Of a stretch of DNA of 64,000 nucleotides, positions 18,219 through 26,385 are shown piece after piece. The notes under the pieces are model-generated. The model was given only the letters and a program-made list of their open reading frames with translations, did no database searches and was not told the origin of the DNA. A program made the translations under genes and the position numbers. The number at the start of each line of letters is the position of its first letter. Within the stretch, counting starts at the first letter, position 1. The DNA comes from a virus (Duplodnaviria; Caudoviricetes): IMG/VR virus record IMGVR_UViG_2908416650_000002, positions 2,967-66,966 of that record, one strand, 5' to 3'.

Positions 18219-18509
18219 ATGCCGCATTTCATGGTGCGTGTAGAGCTGTTTGGCGCCGGCGCAGAAGAGTACGAGCGCCTGCATGCCAACATGGACGCAA
18301 TGGGTATTGAGCGAGAAGTAGTTTTCACTGGCGGCGTCAGACATCAGATGCCGGCTGGAACCTACTTTGGCTCGAGCGCTTTAGGCGCAACAGCTGTGCG
18401 AGATAAGGTGCAGCGATTCGCTAATCCACTTTCTCCACATAGAGAAGCAGCCATATTCGTGTGCGAGGCCAAAGATAATCAGTGGTCAGCCTTCCTCTAT
18501 CCCGCCTGA
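18219..18509 (+). CDS. GhoS/YjdK-like (Cas2-fold) endoribonuclease
   Basis: FMVRVELFGA...EYERLHANM...G..R...MPAGTY matches the recalled GhoS family pattern. Confidence 0.7.
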   Translation: MPHFMVRVELFGAGAEEYERLHANMDAMGIEREVVFTGGVRHQMPAGTYFGSSALGATAVRDKVQRFANPLSPHREAAIFVCEAKDNQWSAFLYPA

Positions 18510-18665
18510 TACGAAGGCTGCCGTCTTACCCCAAGGAACCACGTCAACGGCGTGATAACGAGCAATTCCCAGTACTCGCTTAAAAGCGGCATTGAAGTCA
18601 GTGCCGCTCTTCTCGGCAAACTCTTTCACCAACGCTTCAACCTCTCCAGCCTGCTCGTCGTTCAT
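18486..18665 (-). CDS. Small early phage protein
   Basis: GGAG RBS after a hairpin leader. Confidence 0.5.
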   Translation of the reverse strand: MNDEQAGEVEALVKEFAEKSGTDFNAAFKRVLGIARYHAVDVVPWGKTAAFVSGGIEEG

Positions 18666-18726
18666 CGCCTTTCTCCGGTTGTTTTCCCAATGCACCCGTC
18701 ACCAGGTGCATCAGTGAACGGGCCCG

Positions 18727-18981
18727 TCATGCTGCGAACAGATCTTGCTGATGCGGCTGCGGCATGCAGCGCTGGAGCCCGGCGCGGATGGCTGATTCCA
18801 GCAGTTCGGCGTCTTGCTCAAGCTCAGGGAATTCCCCCGCAAATTCGCACACCGCGCTGCGCAGCCCGGCTGCCTCACGCTGCAGAGTTGGAAGCACGAT
18901 GCTGATCATGTTGCCGATCGTGCGCAGATCCAGGCTGCAATCCCGGCAGAGCCGGATGTAGTCGAGCATGTACTTCGGCAT
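18727..18981 (-). CDS. First gene of the PL operon, hypothetical
   Basis: GGAGG RBS, begins MPKYMLDYIRLCRDC. Confidence 0.65.
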   Translation of the reverse strand: MPKYMLDYIRLCRDCSLDLRTIGNMISIVLPTLQREAAGLRSAVCEFAGEFPELEQDAELLESAIRAGLQRCMPQPHQQDLFAA

Positions 18982-19249
18982 TTTGGTGTCCTCCGTTGAT
19001 TTCCAATGCCGCCTCATAGAAGCGGCATCAGTAAATCTTTGGGTGTTTCATCTCCACCACGCGCATCGCCCGATTCATATCTCTGGCCGACGTCACACAT
19101 TTCGTGAGCGGTGTTCTTCGCCGACCGGCTTGCGTGGTTTCGCGTACTCACATCTGGTGAGCACGGCCAGTTCCAGAGCTGGCGTGGAGATCGAATTTAT
19201 TGCTCGCGCTGTGCCCATTGCTGGGGATCGATCTGCGAGGTTCCCGTGC

Positions 19250-19261
19250 TGTTAAAGAGCG
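19250..19261 (-). promoter_or_regulatory. boxA antitermination element
   Basis: CGCTCTTTAACA, a consensus boxA, about 50 nt downstream of PL. Confidence 0.8.
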
Positions 19262-19310
19262 GTGGGCTGTGAGGCCCTTCGCAGTGGCTGTGTATCGCTG
19301 CGATGGTGTT

Positions 19311-19373
19311 AATTTAGCCCCAAGCTAAAATATCGTCAATAGCTCAGAGCTAAATATTTAGCGACAGGCGAAA
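19311..19373 (-). promoter_or_regulatory. PL promoter with three operators (OL1-3)
   Basis: TTGACG-17-TAAATT on the minus strand. Palindromes of the TTTAGC-N5-GCTAAA type lie at 19313..19329, 19338..19354 and 19357..19373. Confidence 0.85.
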
Positions 19374-19456
19374 TTATCGCGACCCGCCAGGTCTATGACT
19401 GAGGTCCATAAGCGCTTTACGCGCCAGTTAGCAGTGAGCTATGATTTTTCCACTGG

Positions 19457-19472
19457 CTGTATGGATATACAG
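19457..19472. promoter_or_regulatory. LexA (SOS) box
   Basis: CTGTATGGATATACAG (CTG-N10-CAG with AT-rich spacer), just upstream of ATG 19494. Confidence 0.85.
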
Positions 19473-19493
19473 CGTTCAGTCGGGGGAAATTTT

Positions 19494-19805
19494 ATGGCAC
19501 AGAAGCAGGCGGCACTGGCAGCACAGCAGGAAATTAGTGGTATGGAGCGCCTTGCGCTACGCGTCTCATCGATGATCAATCACCCGGTCGCGCAGGCGCA
19601 GCGCTGGGTGACGATTCATCGTCTGGACACGGACGGGGATCGGGAGTGGGAAGAGGTGCTGAGCGTGATCGCTGACACCGACGAGCTTGAGTTGACGCTC
19701 AATGACGACGGCAGCGTTACGGTGAGGTGGGAGCAGCAGGAGGTGGAGAAGGCAGGGAAGGGCGAGCCCACATTTGAGCCGGAAGAAGAGGTGGCGCCTT
19801 TTTAG
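19494..19805 (+). CDS. DUF1654-like protein, SOS-controlled
   Basis: ERLALRVSSMINHP.AQ...DDGSVTVRW, with a LexA box upstream. Confidence 0.75.
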   Translation: MAQKQAALAAQQEISGMERLALRVSSMINHPVAQAQRWVTIHRLDTDGDREWEEVLSVIADTDELELTLNDDGSVTVRWEQQEVEKAGKGEPTFEPEEEVAPF

Positions 19806-19811
19806 CGCGCA

Positions 19812-19838
19812 ATAAAAAGCCCGCTTTGGGCGGGCTTC
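19812..19838 (-). terminator. Terminator of the cI operon (possibly bidirectional)
   Basis: AAGCCCGC-loop-GCGGGCTT stem with a T tract on the minus strand. Confidence 0.75.
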
Positions 19839-19858
19839 AATTCAACGAGACTAAAGAT

Positions 19859-20482
19859 CTACGAGCCGGATAGTGTAAATACGTACCTCAGAGCGACTCC
19901 GAGCAATGCTGAAGCGATGGCTCCAATTACAATCGCTCCGCCCAAATACTTACCCATCGTAACCTTGATACCGTTGACATCCTCACCAACCTTCTTCGTA
20001 TCTGCTTTGATGGAGCTTACGTCCTTTTCGATCCGGTCAAAACGCGATTCTGATATCTTTTCCAGCGCTTTATCGCGCTCTAACTGAGCCGCTAGAAAGC
20101 CTGAAAATCTTTCGGCTAGCGCTGCATCTCTCGCGATCTGTTCATTTCGAAACGATTCTTGTCTCAGGTCAAATTCACGTTTTAACTGCTCATCACGCAA
20201 AGCAAGCTCTTTACGATATTCATCTGACCGCCTTTCGCCGTCCTTTTCCATGCGCTCTATGCGCTTATCCATCCGGTCTTCAATACTGGATAAGGTTGAC
20301 CTTAGCTCGTCCCGCGTTATGTCGTTCATTTTCCGAGTATCACTCGTTACAGGTCTATTGTCATCAACAAGGTCTGCTGCCAGGGTGCTCGATTTTTGAT
20401 TAATCCCCGGAAATCTAGTGCAGGCTTCGAAATGATTTTTCATATCATTCGCTGTTCCAAATTTGGTCGTTGCGCTACTCAT
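19859..20482 (-). CDS. Coiled-coil protein with C-terminal TM anchor (rexB position)
   Basis: Long charged heptad region followed by one TM helix. It overlaps the upstream gene by 8 bp. Confidence 0.75.
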   Translation of the reverse strand: MSSATTKFGTANDMKNHFEACTRFPGINQKSSTLAADLVDDNRPVTSDTRKMNDITRDELRSTLSSIEDRMDKRIERMEKDGERRSDEYRKELALRDEQLKREFDLRQESFRNEQIARDAALAERFSGFLAAQLERDKALEKISESRFDRIEKDVSSIKADTKKVGEDVNGIKVTMGKYLGGAIVIGAIASALLGVALRYVFTLSGS

Positions 20483-20840
20483 CGCTGGCTTCCACAGCTG
20501 ACGAGTTATCGTCGTCGATCAAATCTGAGTCAGGCCTTGGATTGTTTTCCACCCATTCGTGAACAGTTGAGGCCATGTGGGTGCGAAGATAGCCGCAACT
20601 GTTACAAAAATATCCAAAGGTGGACATGTAAAACATATCAGGTCGGTTTCGTACAGGCATACCTAGGCGAAGCGTTGGTCCGTCATCGTCAGGGCAAAGG
20701 ATAGTCCAATCCTCTCCCTGACAAAGCGGGCAATTTTCATCCTTACCTGCTCCTTTTGCTACAAGGAATCTTGCAAAGTCCTTAGAATCAACAGCAAACA
20801 TCGTGAGCCGCTTCGGCTTTGACTCGGGTGTATCGGTCAT
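20475..20840 (-). CDS. Zn-ribbon protein (rexA position)
   Basis: CPLC and CNSCG motifs, directly downstream of cI, with a GGGAG RBS. Confidence 0.75.
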   Translation of the reverse strand: MTDTPESKPKRLTMFAVDSKDFARFLVAKGAGKDENCPLCQGEDWTILCPDDDGPTLRLGMPVRNRPDMFYMSTFGYFCNSCGYLRTHMASTVHEWVENNPRPDSDLIDDDNSSAVEASDE

Positions 20841-20906
20841 TTATAGGCTCCCTGCATCATGCATTTTCAACCTGCCAGCCTCGTTGTCACGTGGTGAAAT
20901 TGAGAC

Positions 20907-21743
20907 CTATACCGGTTGTCCGTTCCATACGTAAAGCACCCGGGCCAGGATATGGGTGTCATCCACCCGGATGTCTTCGGGGTCGTGGTGCTTGTTGTCC
21001 GAAATCATTTTGAAGCGATCCTTGCCTTTCTTTTGCAGGCGCTTCACGTACAACATTTCGTCGTGGGAGAAGAGGTAGATGCCGTCCCCGGTGAACTCCC
21101 GGATCGTGATGTCGACCAGTAGCGGGTCTCGATCCTTGATGGTTGGAGCCATCGACTGACCCCACCCGGTGATCATCTTGAGGTGGAAGTGCTCTTTGAA
21201 GGTGACACCTAGATCACGCAGGTGCTTGGGGCTGACCCTTATGTCCTGGAGCATTTCCGGATATTCGTGCGGGATCTGCCCGCCACCCATCGCCGCGCGC
21301 ACATCGTAGTGCGCAATCCACACCTCATCGCCGACCTGGCCAGGGCGAGAGAAGTCGACAGTTATGACGTTGCTCGACTCGTCAGCGGCCGCAATAATCC
21401 TGTCACGAGCTGTGCTCGTTAAACCTTTGACCTTCGAAAGCATCTGCTTTATCTGGTCCGCCGCTGTCTGTGCGGATGTCTCGTCTGCGTGATCGCTCGA
21501 AGTCAGCTCTTCAGCTGGAGTTATCGACTCACCTGGCGATATGGAGTCAAACCAACCTCTGGGCAGCCCCTCGATCGCCTCGATTCTCCGCGCTACATCG
21601 TCTCCCAAATTCTTCGCTGTCTTGTCCGACAAAATCTGGCTCAGGTGCGCAGGCGCCATTCCCCAGCGCTCGGCGCACGCGCCTTTTCGCTGGTTTCCTA
21701 TGAGGCTGATCAGTTGCTTTTTACGAATCGCATAAATATCCAT
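20907..21743 (-). CDS. cI: CI-like repressor (HTH plus S24 peptidase)
   Basis: N-terminal HTH, GQSMAPTI (Ser) and YVKRL (Lys) motifs, divergent from cro. Confidence 0.93.
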   Translation of the reverse strand: MDIYAIRKKQLISLIGNQRKGACAERWGMAPAHLSQILSDKTAKNLGDDVARRIEAIEGLPRGWFDSISPGESITPAEELTSSDHADETSAQTAADQIKQMLSKVKGLTSTARDRIIAAADESSNVITVDFSRPGQVGDEVWIAHYDVRAAMGGGQIPHEYPEMLQDIRVSPKHLRDLGVTFKEHFHLKMITGWGQSMAPTIKDRDPLLVDITIREFTGDGIYLFSHDEMLYVKRLQKKGKDRFKMISDNKHHDPEDIRVDDTHILARVLYVWNGQPV

Positions 21744-21750
21744 GCGGGCA

Positions 21751-21830
21751 AGAATGCCAGCGTTTAGCTCAATGCTAAATGTGCTCAAAGCTAAATATTC
21801 CTTGCTACGATATTAGCCATAAGCTAAATT
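21751..21830. promoter_or_regulatory. PRM/PR region with three operators (OR3-1)
   Basis: Operators at 21763..21779, 21779..21795 and 21812..21828. PR is TTGCTA-17-TAAATT (21802..21830) and PRM is TTTAGC-17-CATTCT on the minus strand. Confidence 0.85.
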
Positions 21831-21855
21831 TCTCCCATGTTTAAGGAGAGATCCC

Positions 21856-22092
21856 ATGAATGACCATCTGCGTGACTGGCTCGCCAGCGCTTCAAACGAA
21901 CGGCGCCAGTCAGTGGCTGCTGCTGCCAAGACGACGGTAGGGCACCTGTGGCAGCTGGCAGGCGGTCACCGAAAAGCCTCGGCCGACCTGGCAGAGCGCC
22001 TTCAGGACGCATCAGCTGGAGAGATCACCATCGCAGGTTTGCGACCGGATCTTCTCGACCTGGCGCACAAAGTCCTACGCGGCGCCGCCTGA
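21856..22092 (+). CDS. cro: Cro-like regulator
   Basis: Small HTH protein divergent from cI, with an AAGGAG RBS. Confidence 0.85.
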   Translation: MNDHLRDWLASASNERRQSVAAAAKTTVGHLWQLAGGHRKASADLAERLQDASAGEITIAGLRPDLLDLAHKVLRGAA

Positions 22093-22142
22093 CATCCCTG
22101 TTCGCCGTTCCATTGAAGCCAGATTAGAAGAGAGCAGCCCCC

Positions 22143-22757
22143 ATGCAAACGTCCAGTTCCAGACACACCGTACAAACTCGTGATCAGGTGCTGGTCGCAC
22201 ACGCTGCAAACCAGATCGCACGCACCAGCCTGAGCCAGGACGACTTCGCCCAGGCACTGAGCCGCGAGCTGCATCTGTCCTGCCCAGAGAAGGCCGTCGC
22301 CAAAGAGGTGCCGGACTTTGCCGCGCTGACCTTGCAGAACGACGTGTCCGACTTTGTGAAGGCGACCGGCCGCTGGCTCAAGCGTGTTCAGCGCTGGTTG
22401 TCCGGTGATCAGGAAATGCCGTCCTGGCTGGAAGAGTCGTGGGTAAACGCCCTTGAGCCTGAATTCCGCGACCACTGCGTGAACGAACTGGCGAGCCGCC
22501 ACGGGCTGACTGGCGCCCGCCAGATGACCAGTGACCAATGCGCGAACAAAAGCTTCGGCGCACTGATCCGCGCCCTGGGTGATGTGATCGACACCGGCAG
22601 CGAAGTGTTTGACGACCAGGTGATGTGCGAACTGGATCTGCCGCACCTACCGGCATTCGCCAAGCAGTGCCGCCAGGTTGAAGCGAAGGCGGGGGAGCTG
22701 GGGCGCCGTGCCGAGCAGTTGCTCGCGGCGGCTCGTCCACTGAAATCCATAGCCTGA
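22143..22757 (+). CDS. Phage regulatory protein in the cII position
   Basis: Located between cro and the replication gene. Confidence 0.65.
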   Translation: MQTSSSRHTVQTRDQVLVAHAANQIARTSLSQDDFAQALSRELHLSCPEKAVAKEVPDFAALTLQNDVSDFVKATGRWLKRVQRWLSGDQEMPSWLEESWVNALEPEFRDHCVNELASRHGLTGARQMTSDQCANKSFGALIRALGDVIDTGSEVFDDQVMCELDLPHLPAFAKQCRQVEAKAGELGRRAEQLLAAARPLKSIA

Positions 22758-22822
22758 ATTACAGGCACAAAAAAGCCGACGTACGAGGTCGGCTTCTTCA
22801 ACAGCTTTGAGCGAGAGAAATC

Positions 22823-23668
22823 ATGCCAAACATTGTTCCGATACACAACCCTCGGGGGTTCACCCGAATGGACAACCAGATGATGGATGGCTTGATGGCC
22901 ATCGATTTGTCGGCGCGCGAAATGAAGATAGTTCTGTACGTGGCAAAAGCCACCTTGAACTTCAGCACGGGCGCCCATCGCATCCCGGCGGTCGATATCG
23001 CTAAGGCAACCCACATCCACCCTGACACCGTGTCGAAGGCTATATCCGGCCTGTTGCGCCGTCGCGTGCTGTATCGGGAAGGTGGTGCACGCGGTGACAT
23101 CGGCGTTTGCGACCCAAAAGAGTGGATCTTTGTAGTAGAGCCGAAACAGACCATATCGTCTGATTCGGCTCAGGTGGTCCGAATCGGCTCAGCCGCGAAA
23201 CAGACCAAAACCGACGACTCCCTTCTTTATACAAAGAAAGAACCCCTATTAACTCTTTCTACGAAAGAGATTAATCCGCCCCAAGAGCCGGCCGAACTTC
23301 CGAAGCCTGATCGCAAGACTCCGTTCGGCATGGCGCAGTTGTTGGCCGACAACCCTCACAACGTCCCTGAGCAACTGCTGGCCGACTGGCTGACACAGCG
23401 CAAAGCCAAGCGCGCCGCAGTGACCGCCACCGTCTGGGCGACCGTGAACACCGAGCTGGCCAAGTGCGCCGAGGCCGGGATCACCCCAGACGACGCAATC
23501 ACCGAAGCGCTGAATTCCGGCTGGCAGGGTTTCAAGGCTTCCTGGGTGATCAAGCGCCTGGCGGAATCCGCCCAGGTGCCGGCCCCTCAGTCTCGTCACA
23601 CCGGTTTTGCTGACCGCAACTACACCGATGGCCTGATTCAGCGTGAGGACGGTTCCTATGCGATCTGA
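22823..23668 (+). CDS. Replication initiator (lambda O-like)
   Basis: GFTRMDN...LSAREMK wHTH-type N-terminus and DW...RKAKRA..T...GWQGF C-terminus. Confidence 0.88.
   Translation: MPNIVPIHNPRGFTRMDNQMMDGLMAIDLSAREMKIVLYVAKATLNFSTGAHRIPAVDIAKATHIHPDTVSKAISGLLRRRVLYREGGARGDIGVCDPKEWIFVVEPKQTISSDSAQVVRIGSAAKQTKTDDSLLYTKKEPLLTLSTKEINPPQEPAELPKPDRKTPFGMAQLLADNPHNVPEQLLADWLTQRKAKRAAVTATVWATVNTELAKCAEAGITPDDAITEALNSGWQGFKASWVIKRLAESAQVPAPQSRHTGFADRNYTDGLIQREDGSYAI
23142..23277. other. Probable replication origin within the O gene
   Basis: CGAAACAGACCA occurs twice (23142, 23196) and GA(T/A)TCGGCTCAG twice (23162, 23181), followed by an AT-rich tract. Confidence 0.65.
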
Positions 23669-24464
23669 GCCCGTCCAGCAAAGCCCAGAACTCCCGCCGG
23701 GCACCCACATCCAGCCCGCCGAGTGCGAGACCCACGGCCACTACGACCAGAAGATTTTCCCGGTGCTGGGCAAGGAGTTGAAGAGCGGTTGCCCTGAGTG
23801 CGGCCGGATCATTCGCGAAAAGGCTGAAGCTGCCGAGCTGGCCAACAAGGCGATGGAGTTGCGCATGTCCATGGAGCGCAAGCTCGGTGCCGCGCTGATC
23901 CCCAAACGCTTCGCCAGCAAGACTCTGGACGGCTACGTCGTCACCACCACGGAACAGCGAAAGGCGCTGAACACCTGCCGCCGGTATGCCGCCGAGTTCG
24001 CGCAGATCGCCGAATCGGGCCGCTGCTTGTTGCTGTTGGGCAAGCCCGGTACCGGCAAGACGCACCTGTCCGTGGCGATCGCCAACGAGATCATGGCCAG
24101 GTCGAGCGCAACAGCGGTGTACCGCACTATCGGCGCTGTGCTGCAGGCCATCCGCGCGACCTACGACCAATCCAGCGACCAAAGCGAAAGACAGATCCTG
24201 TCGAGTCTGATCAGTCCCTCGTTGCTCATCCTGGACGAGATCGGCGTCAGCAAGGAGAAGCCCAGCGACTTCGAGCTGACGACCTTGTTCGCAATCATCA
24301 ACGGCCGGTACGAAGAGCTGCGCCCGACGGTGATCGTTTCCAACCTGGATGGGCAGGCGCTGCCAGGAGCCATCGGCGAGCGCTGCATTGATCGGCTGCG
24401 GGAGGGCGGGGTGATCGTCATTCCGTTTGAGTGGGAATCGCAGCGCGGCAAGGAGGGATTTTGA
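23658..24464 (+). CDS. DnaC/IstB-like helicase loader ATPase
   Basis: Walker A GKPGTGKT, Walker B LLILDEIG, and IINGRYE...SN...DRL. Confidence 0.92.
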   Translation: MRSEPVQQSPELPPGTHIQPAECETHGHYDQKIFPVLGKELKSGCPECGRIIREKAEAAELANKAMELRMSMERKLGAALIPKRFASKTLDGYVVTTTEQRKALNTCRRYAAEFAQIAESGRCLLLLGKPGTGKTHLSVAIANEIMARSSATAVYRTIGAVLQAIRATYDQSSDQSERQILSSLISPSLLILDEIGVSKEKPSDFELTTLFAIINGRYEELRPTVIVSNLDGQALPGAIGERCIDRLREGGVIVIPFEWESQRGKEGF

Positions 24465-24465
24465 A

Positions 24466-25245
24466 ATGACTGACTACACCGAACTGAAGCGGCTGGCCGA
24501 GGCCTGCATCGCTGCCGGCGAATACCTGCCGGGTGAAGCATGGGAAGAGGACCGTAGCTATTGCCAAGCAGAAGTGGCGTTTCTTGAGTTCGTGCCCGTG
24601 GCAACACCTGCCGCAGTCCAGGCGCTGATCGCCGAGAACGAGCGCCTGAAGACATTGCGGAGCGCAACCGAGCGTGATCTTGCGCAAGAGCTTGAGGTTT
24701 GGCGGAGCGGCCCGTCCTGCTGGAGTTGCGGCGATACCGGTGACGTGCATGACATGGTCGGCGAATGGCGCGGCCAATGCGATTGCAATGCAGCCAAGTT
24801 GATTGATGTTTCCAGCGAGCGCAAGCAGCTCAAGGCCGAGAACGAGGCGCTGAATACGGCCATTGAAGACCTTGAAAGGGGGCGCGTTGCGGGCTTCGAG
24901 GAATACGATTTCACCCGCCTCAAGGATCGCCGTGGAGACCAGAAGGTTTTCGAAATCACCATTGAAACCGAGTGCGGTTGTGACGTCGAAGAGGGCGAAT
25001 ACACCGTCCGAATTACGCATCTGCTGGGCAATTGGCTGGGCTCTGACGACTTTGGGTTAATCGCAGACGCTGTGGCCGAAGTAGTTGCGGATCTTGGCTT
25101 GCCGGAAGAGGGCTATACCACCTTCATCGCTTATGAGTCGGGCGAACGGCAGGACGTGTACTGCACCAAGTGGTTTGAGATTGCGACTGTCGCCTCGGTA
25201 CTGGCCGAACCGGGCGCCGCCATGGGCAAGGGAGAGCAGTCATGA
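24466..25245 (+). CDS. Mosaic nin-region protein (Ea22-like N-terminus)
   Basis: TPAAVQALIAENERL motif, CWSC...CDC and an acidic C-domain. Confidence 0.65.
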   Translation: MTDYTELKRLAEACIAAGEYLPGEAWEEDRSYCQAEVAFLEFVPVATPAAVQALIAENERLKTLRSATERDLAQELEVWRSGPSCWSCGDTGDVHDMVGEWRGQCDCNAAKLIDVSSERKQLKAENEALNTAIEDLERGRVAGFEEYDFTRLKDRRGDQKVFEITIETECGCDVEEGEYTVRITHLLGNWLGSDDFGLIADAVAEVVADLGLPEEGYTTFIAYESGERQDVYCTKWFEIATVASVLAEPGAAMGKGEQS

Positions 25246-25718
25246 ACCCGATCATTACTCACCAAATGCAACCATGCCCTTACAGCTGCGTGTCGACCTG
25301 CATGGCAATGATTGTTGGTCGGCCGGCACAGGAAGTCATCGAAGAGATGCACAAGCCCTATCGCGACGGCGACCTGACCATGCGGCAGATGCTAGAGCGC
25401 CTCGGCGTTGAATACACGGCTTTCTTCAGCCTGGACTGCCCACCCCTGGCCGATGAGGGGGCTTATGTGTGCACGTCACCTTCGCTCAACATCGAAGGCG
25501 GCAACCACCAGATCCTGATCGAGGTCACCGACGAGGGCTACTTCGTGCTCGACCCGGTTCAGGGGCGCGAGGACCGCAAGTATTACGTGGCGCGCGGGAA
25601 GGGTGAGGGCAACCCGCTGGCGATCGACCTTGGCGGCTTCGTCGTCGATGCCTTTATCTCGCGCGACCATCTTTTGGCCCAGCGCACCGGCGAGACTTTG
25701 ACGGAGGCTGCAGCATGA
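25242..25718 (+). CDS. Papain-like (C39-type) peptidase-domain protein
   Basis: Q..PYSCVSTCMAM, H(QILI) and VLDP give a Gln/Cys/His/Asp pattern. Confidence 0.65.
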   Translation: MNPIITHQMQPCPYSCVSTCMAMIVGRPAQEVIEEMHKPYRDGDLTMRQMLERLGVEYTAFFSLDCPPLADEGAYVCTSPSLNIEGGNHQILIEVTDEGYFVLDPVQGREDRKYYVARGKGEGNPLAIDLGGFVVDAFISRDHLLAQRTGETLTEAAA

Positions 25719-26230
25719 CTAAGCCCGCCAAGCCCCGTCCAATGCCTGTGTACCTGGTGCTGCGCCGCCTGGTCGATCCTGCTACGGGCAAGGAGGTTGC
25801 AGCGTTCGTGCCGTCCTCCGACGCCGACCGGTCAATCCTTCGTGAGCGGGATTTCCGGATCAACACGAAGATCCGCGCCGACCTCAAGCAGCCGCGCAAT
25901 CCACGGTTTAACGGATTGGTCCACGGCCTGGGCCGGGTGCTGAGCCAGAACATCGACCGGTTCTCCGGCAAGCAGTCCCACGACGCGATCAAGGCACTGC
26001 AGTTGGAGTCGGGCGTGTACTGCGACGAGGAAGCGTTCGACATTCCGGGCCTGGGCCAGCTTACCCGCAAGACGCCCCGCAGCCTTTCCTACGACTCGAT
26101 GGGGGAGGAGACATTCCAAGACTTTTGGCGCCAGTGCTGCGCGTACCTGGTGCTGCACGACTGGCCGACGCTCACGGAAGAGCGACTGACCGAAATGGCA
26201 GAGTTTGAAGCATTTAAGGAGGCTGCATGA
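25715..26230 (+). CDS. Phage hypothetical protein (nin region)
   Basis: ATGA-coupled, containing PRNPRFN and PRSLSYDSM motifs. Confidence 0.7.
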   Translation: MTKPAKPRPMPVYLVLRRLVDPATGKEVAAFVPSSDADRSILRERDFRINTKIRADLKQPRNPRFNGLVHGLGRVLSQNIDRFSGKQSHDAIKALQLESGVYCDEEAFDIPGLGQLTRKTPRSLSYDSMGEETFQDFWRQCCAYLVLHDWPTLTEERLTEMAEFEAFKEAA

Positions 26231-26385
26231 AAAACGGAGAAGCAATTGTGATTCTCGCCGGTGGCACTGCCTGGGTTTGCGGAATCGCGCTCGCAAAGGG
26301 TTTCTGGATGACGGCCATAAGTGCTGTGCTGCCCCCCGTGGCCTGGGTGCTGCTGGCTGAGCATCTGATGGGGGCGGTCGCATGA
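26227..26385 (+). CDS. 52-aa hydrophobic protein (below the ORF track cutoff)
   Basis: ATGA overlaps at both ends and two hydrophobic segments. Confidence 0.6.
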   Translation: MKNGEAIVILAGGTAWVCGIALAKGFWMTAISAVLPPVAWVLLAEHLMGAVA

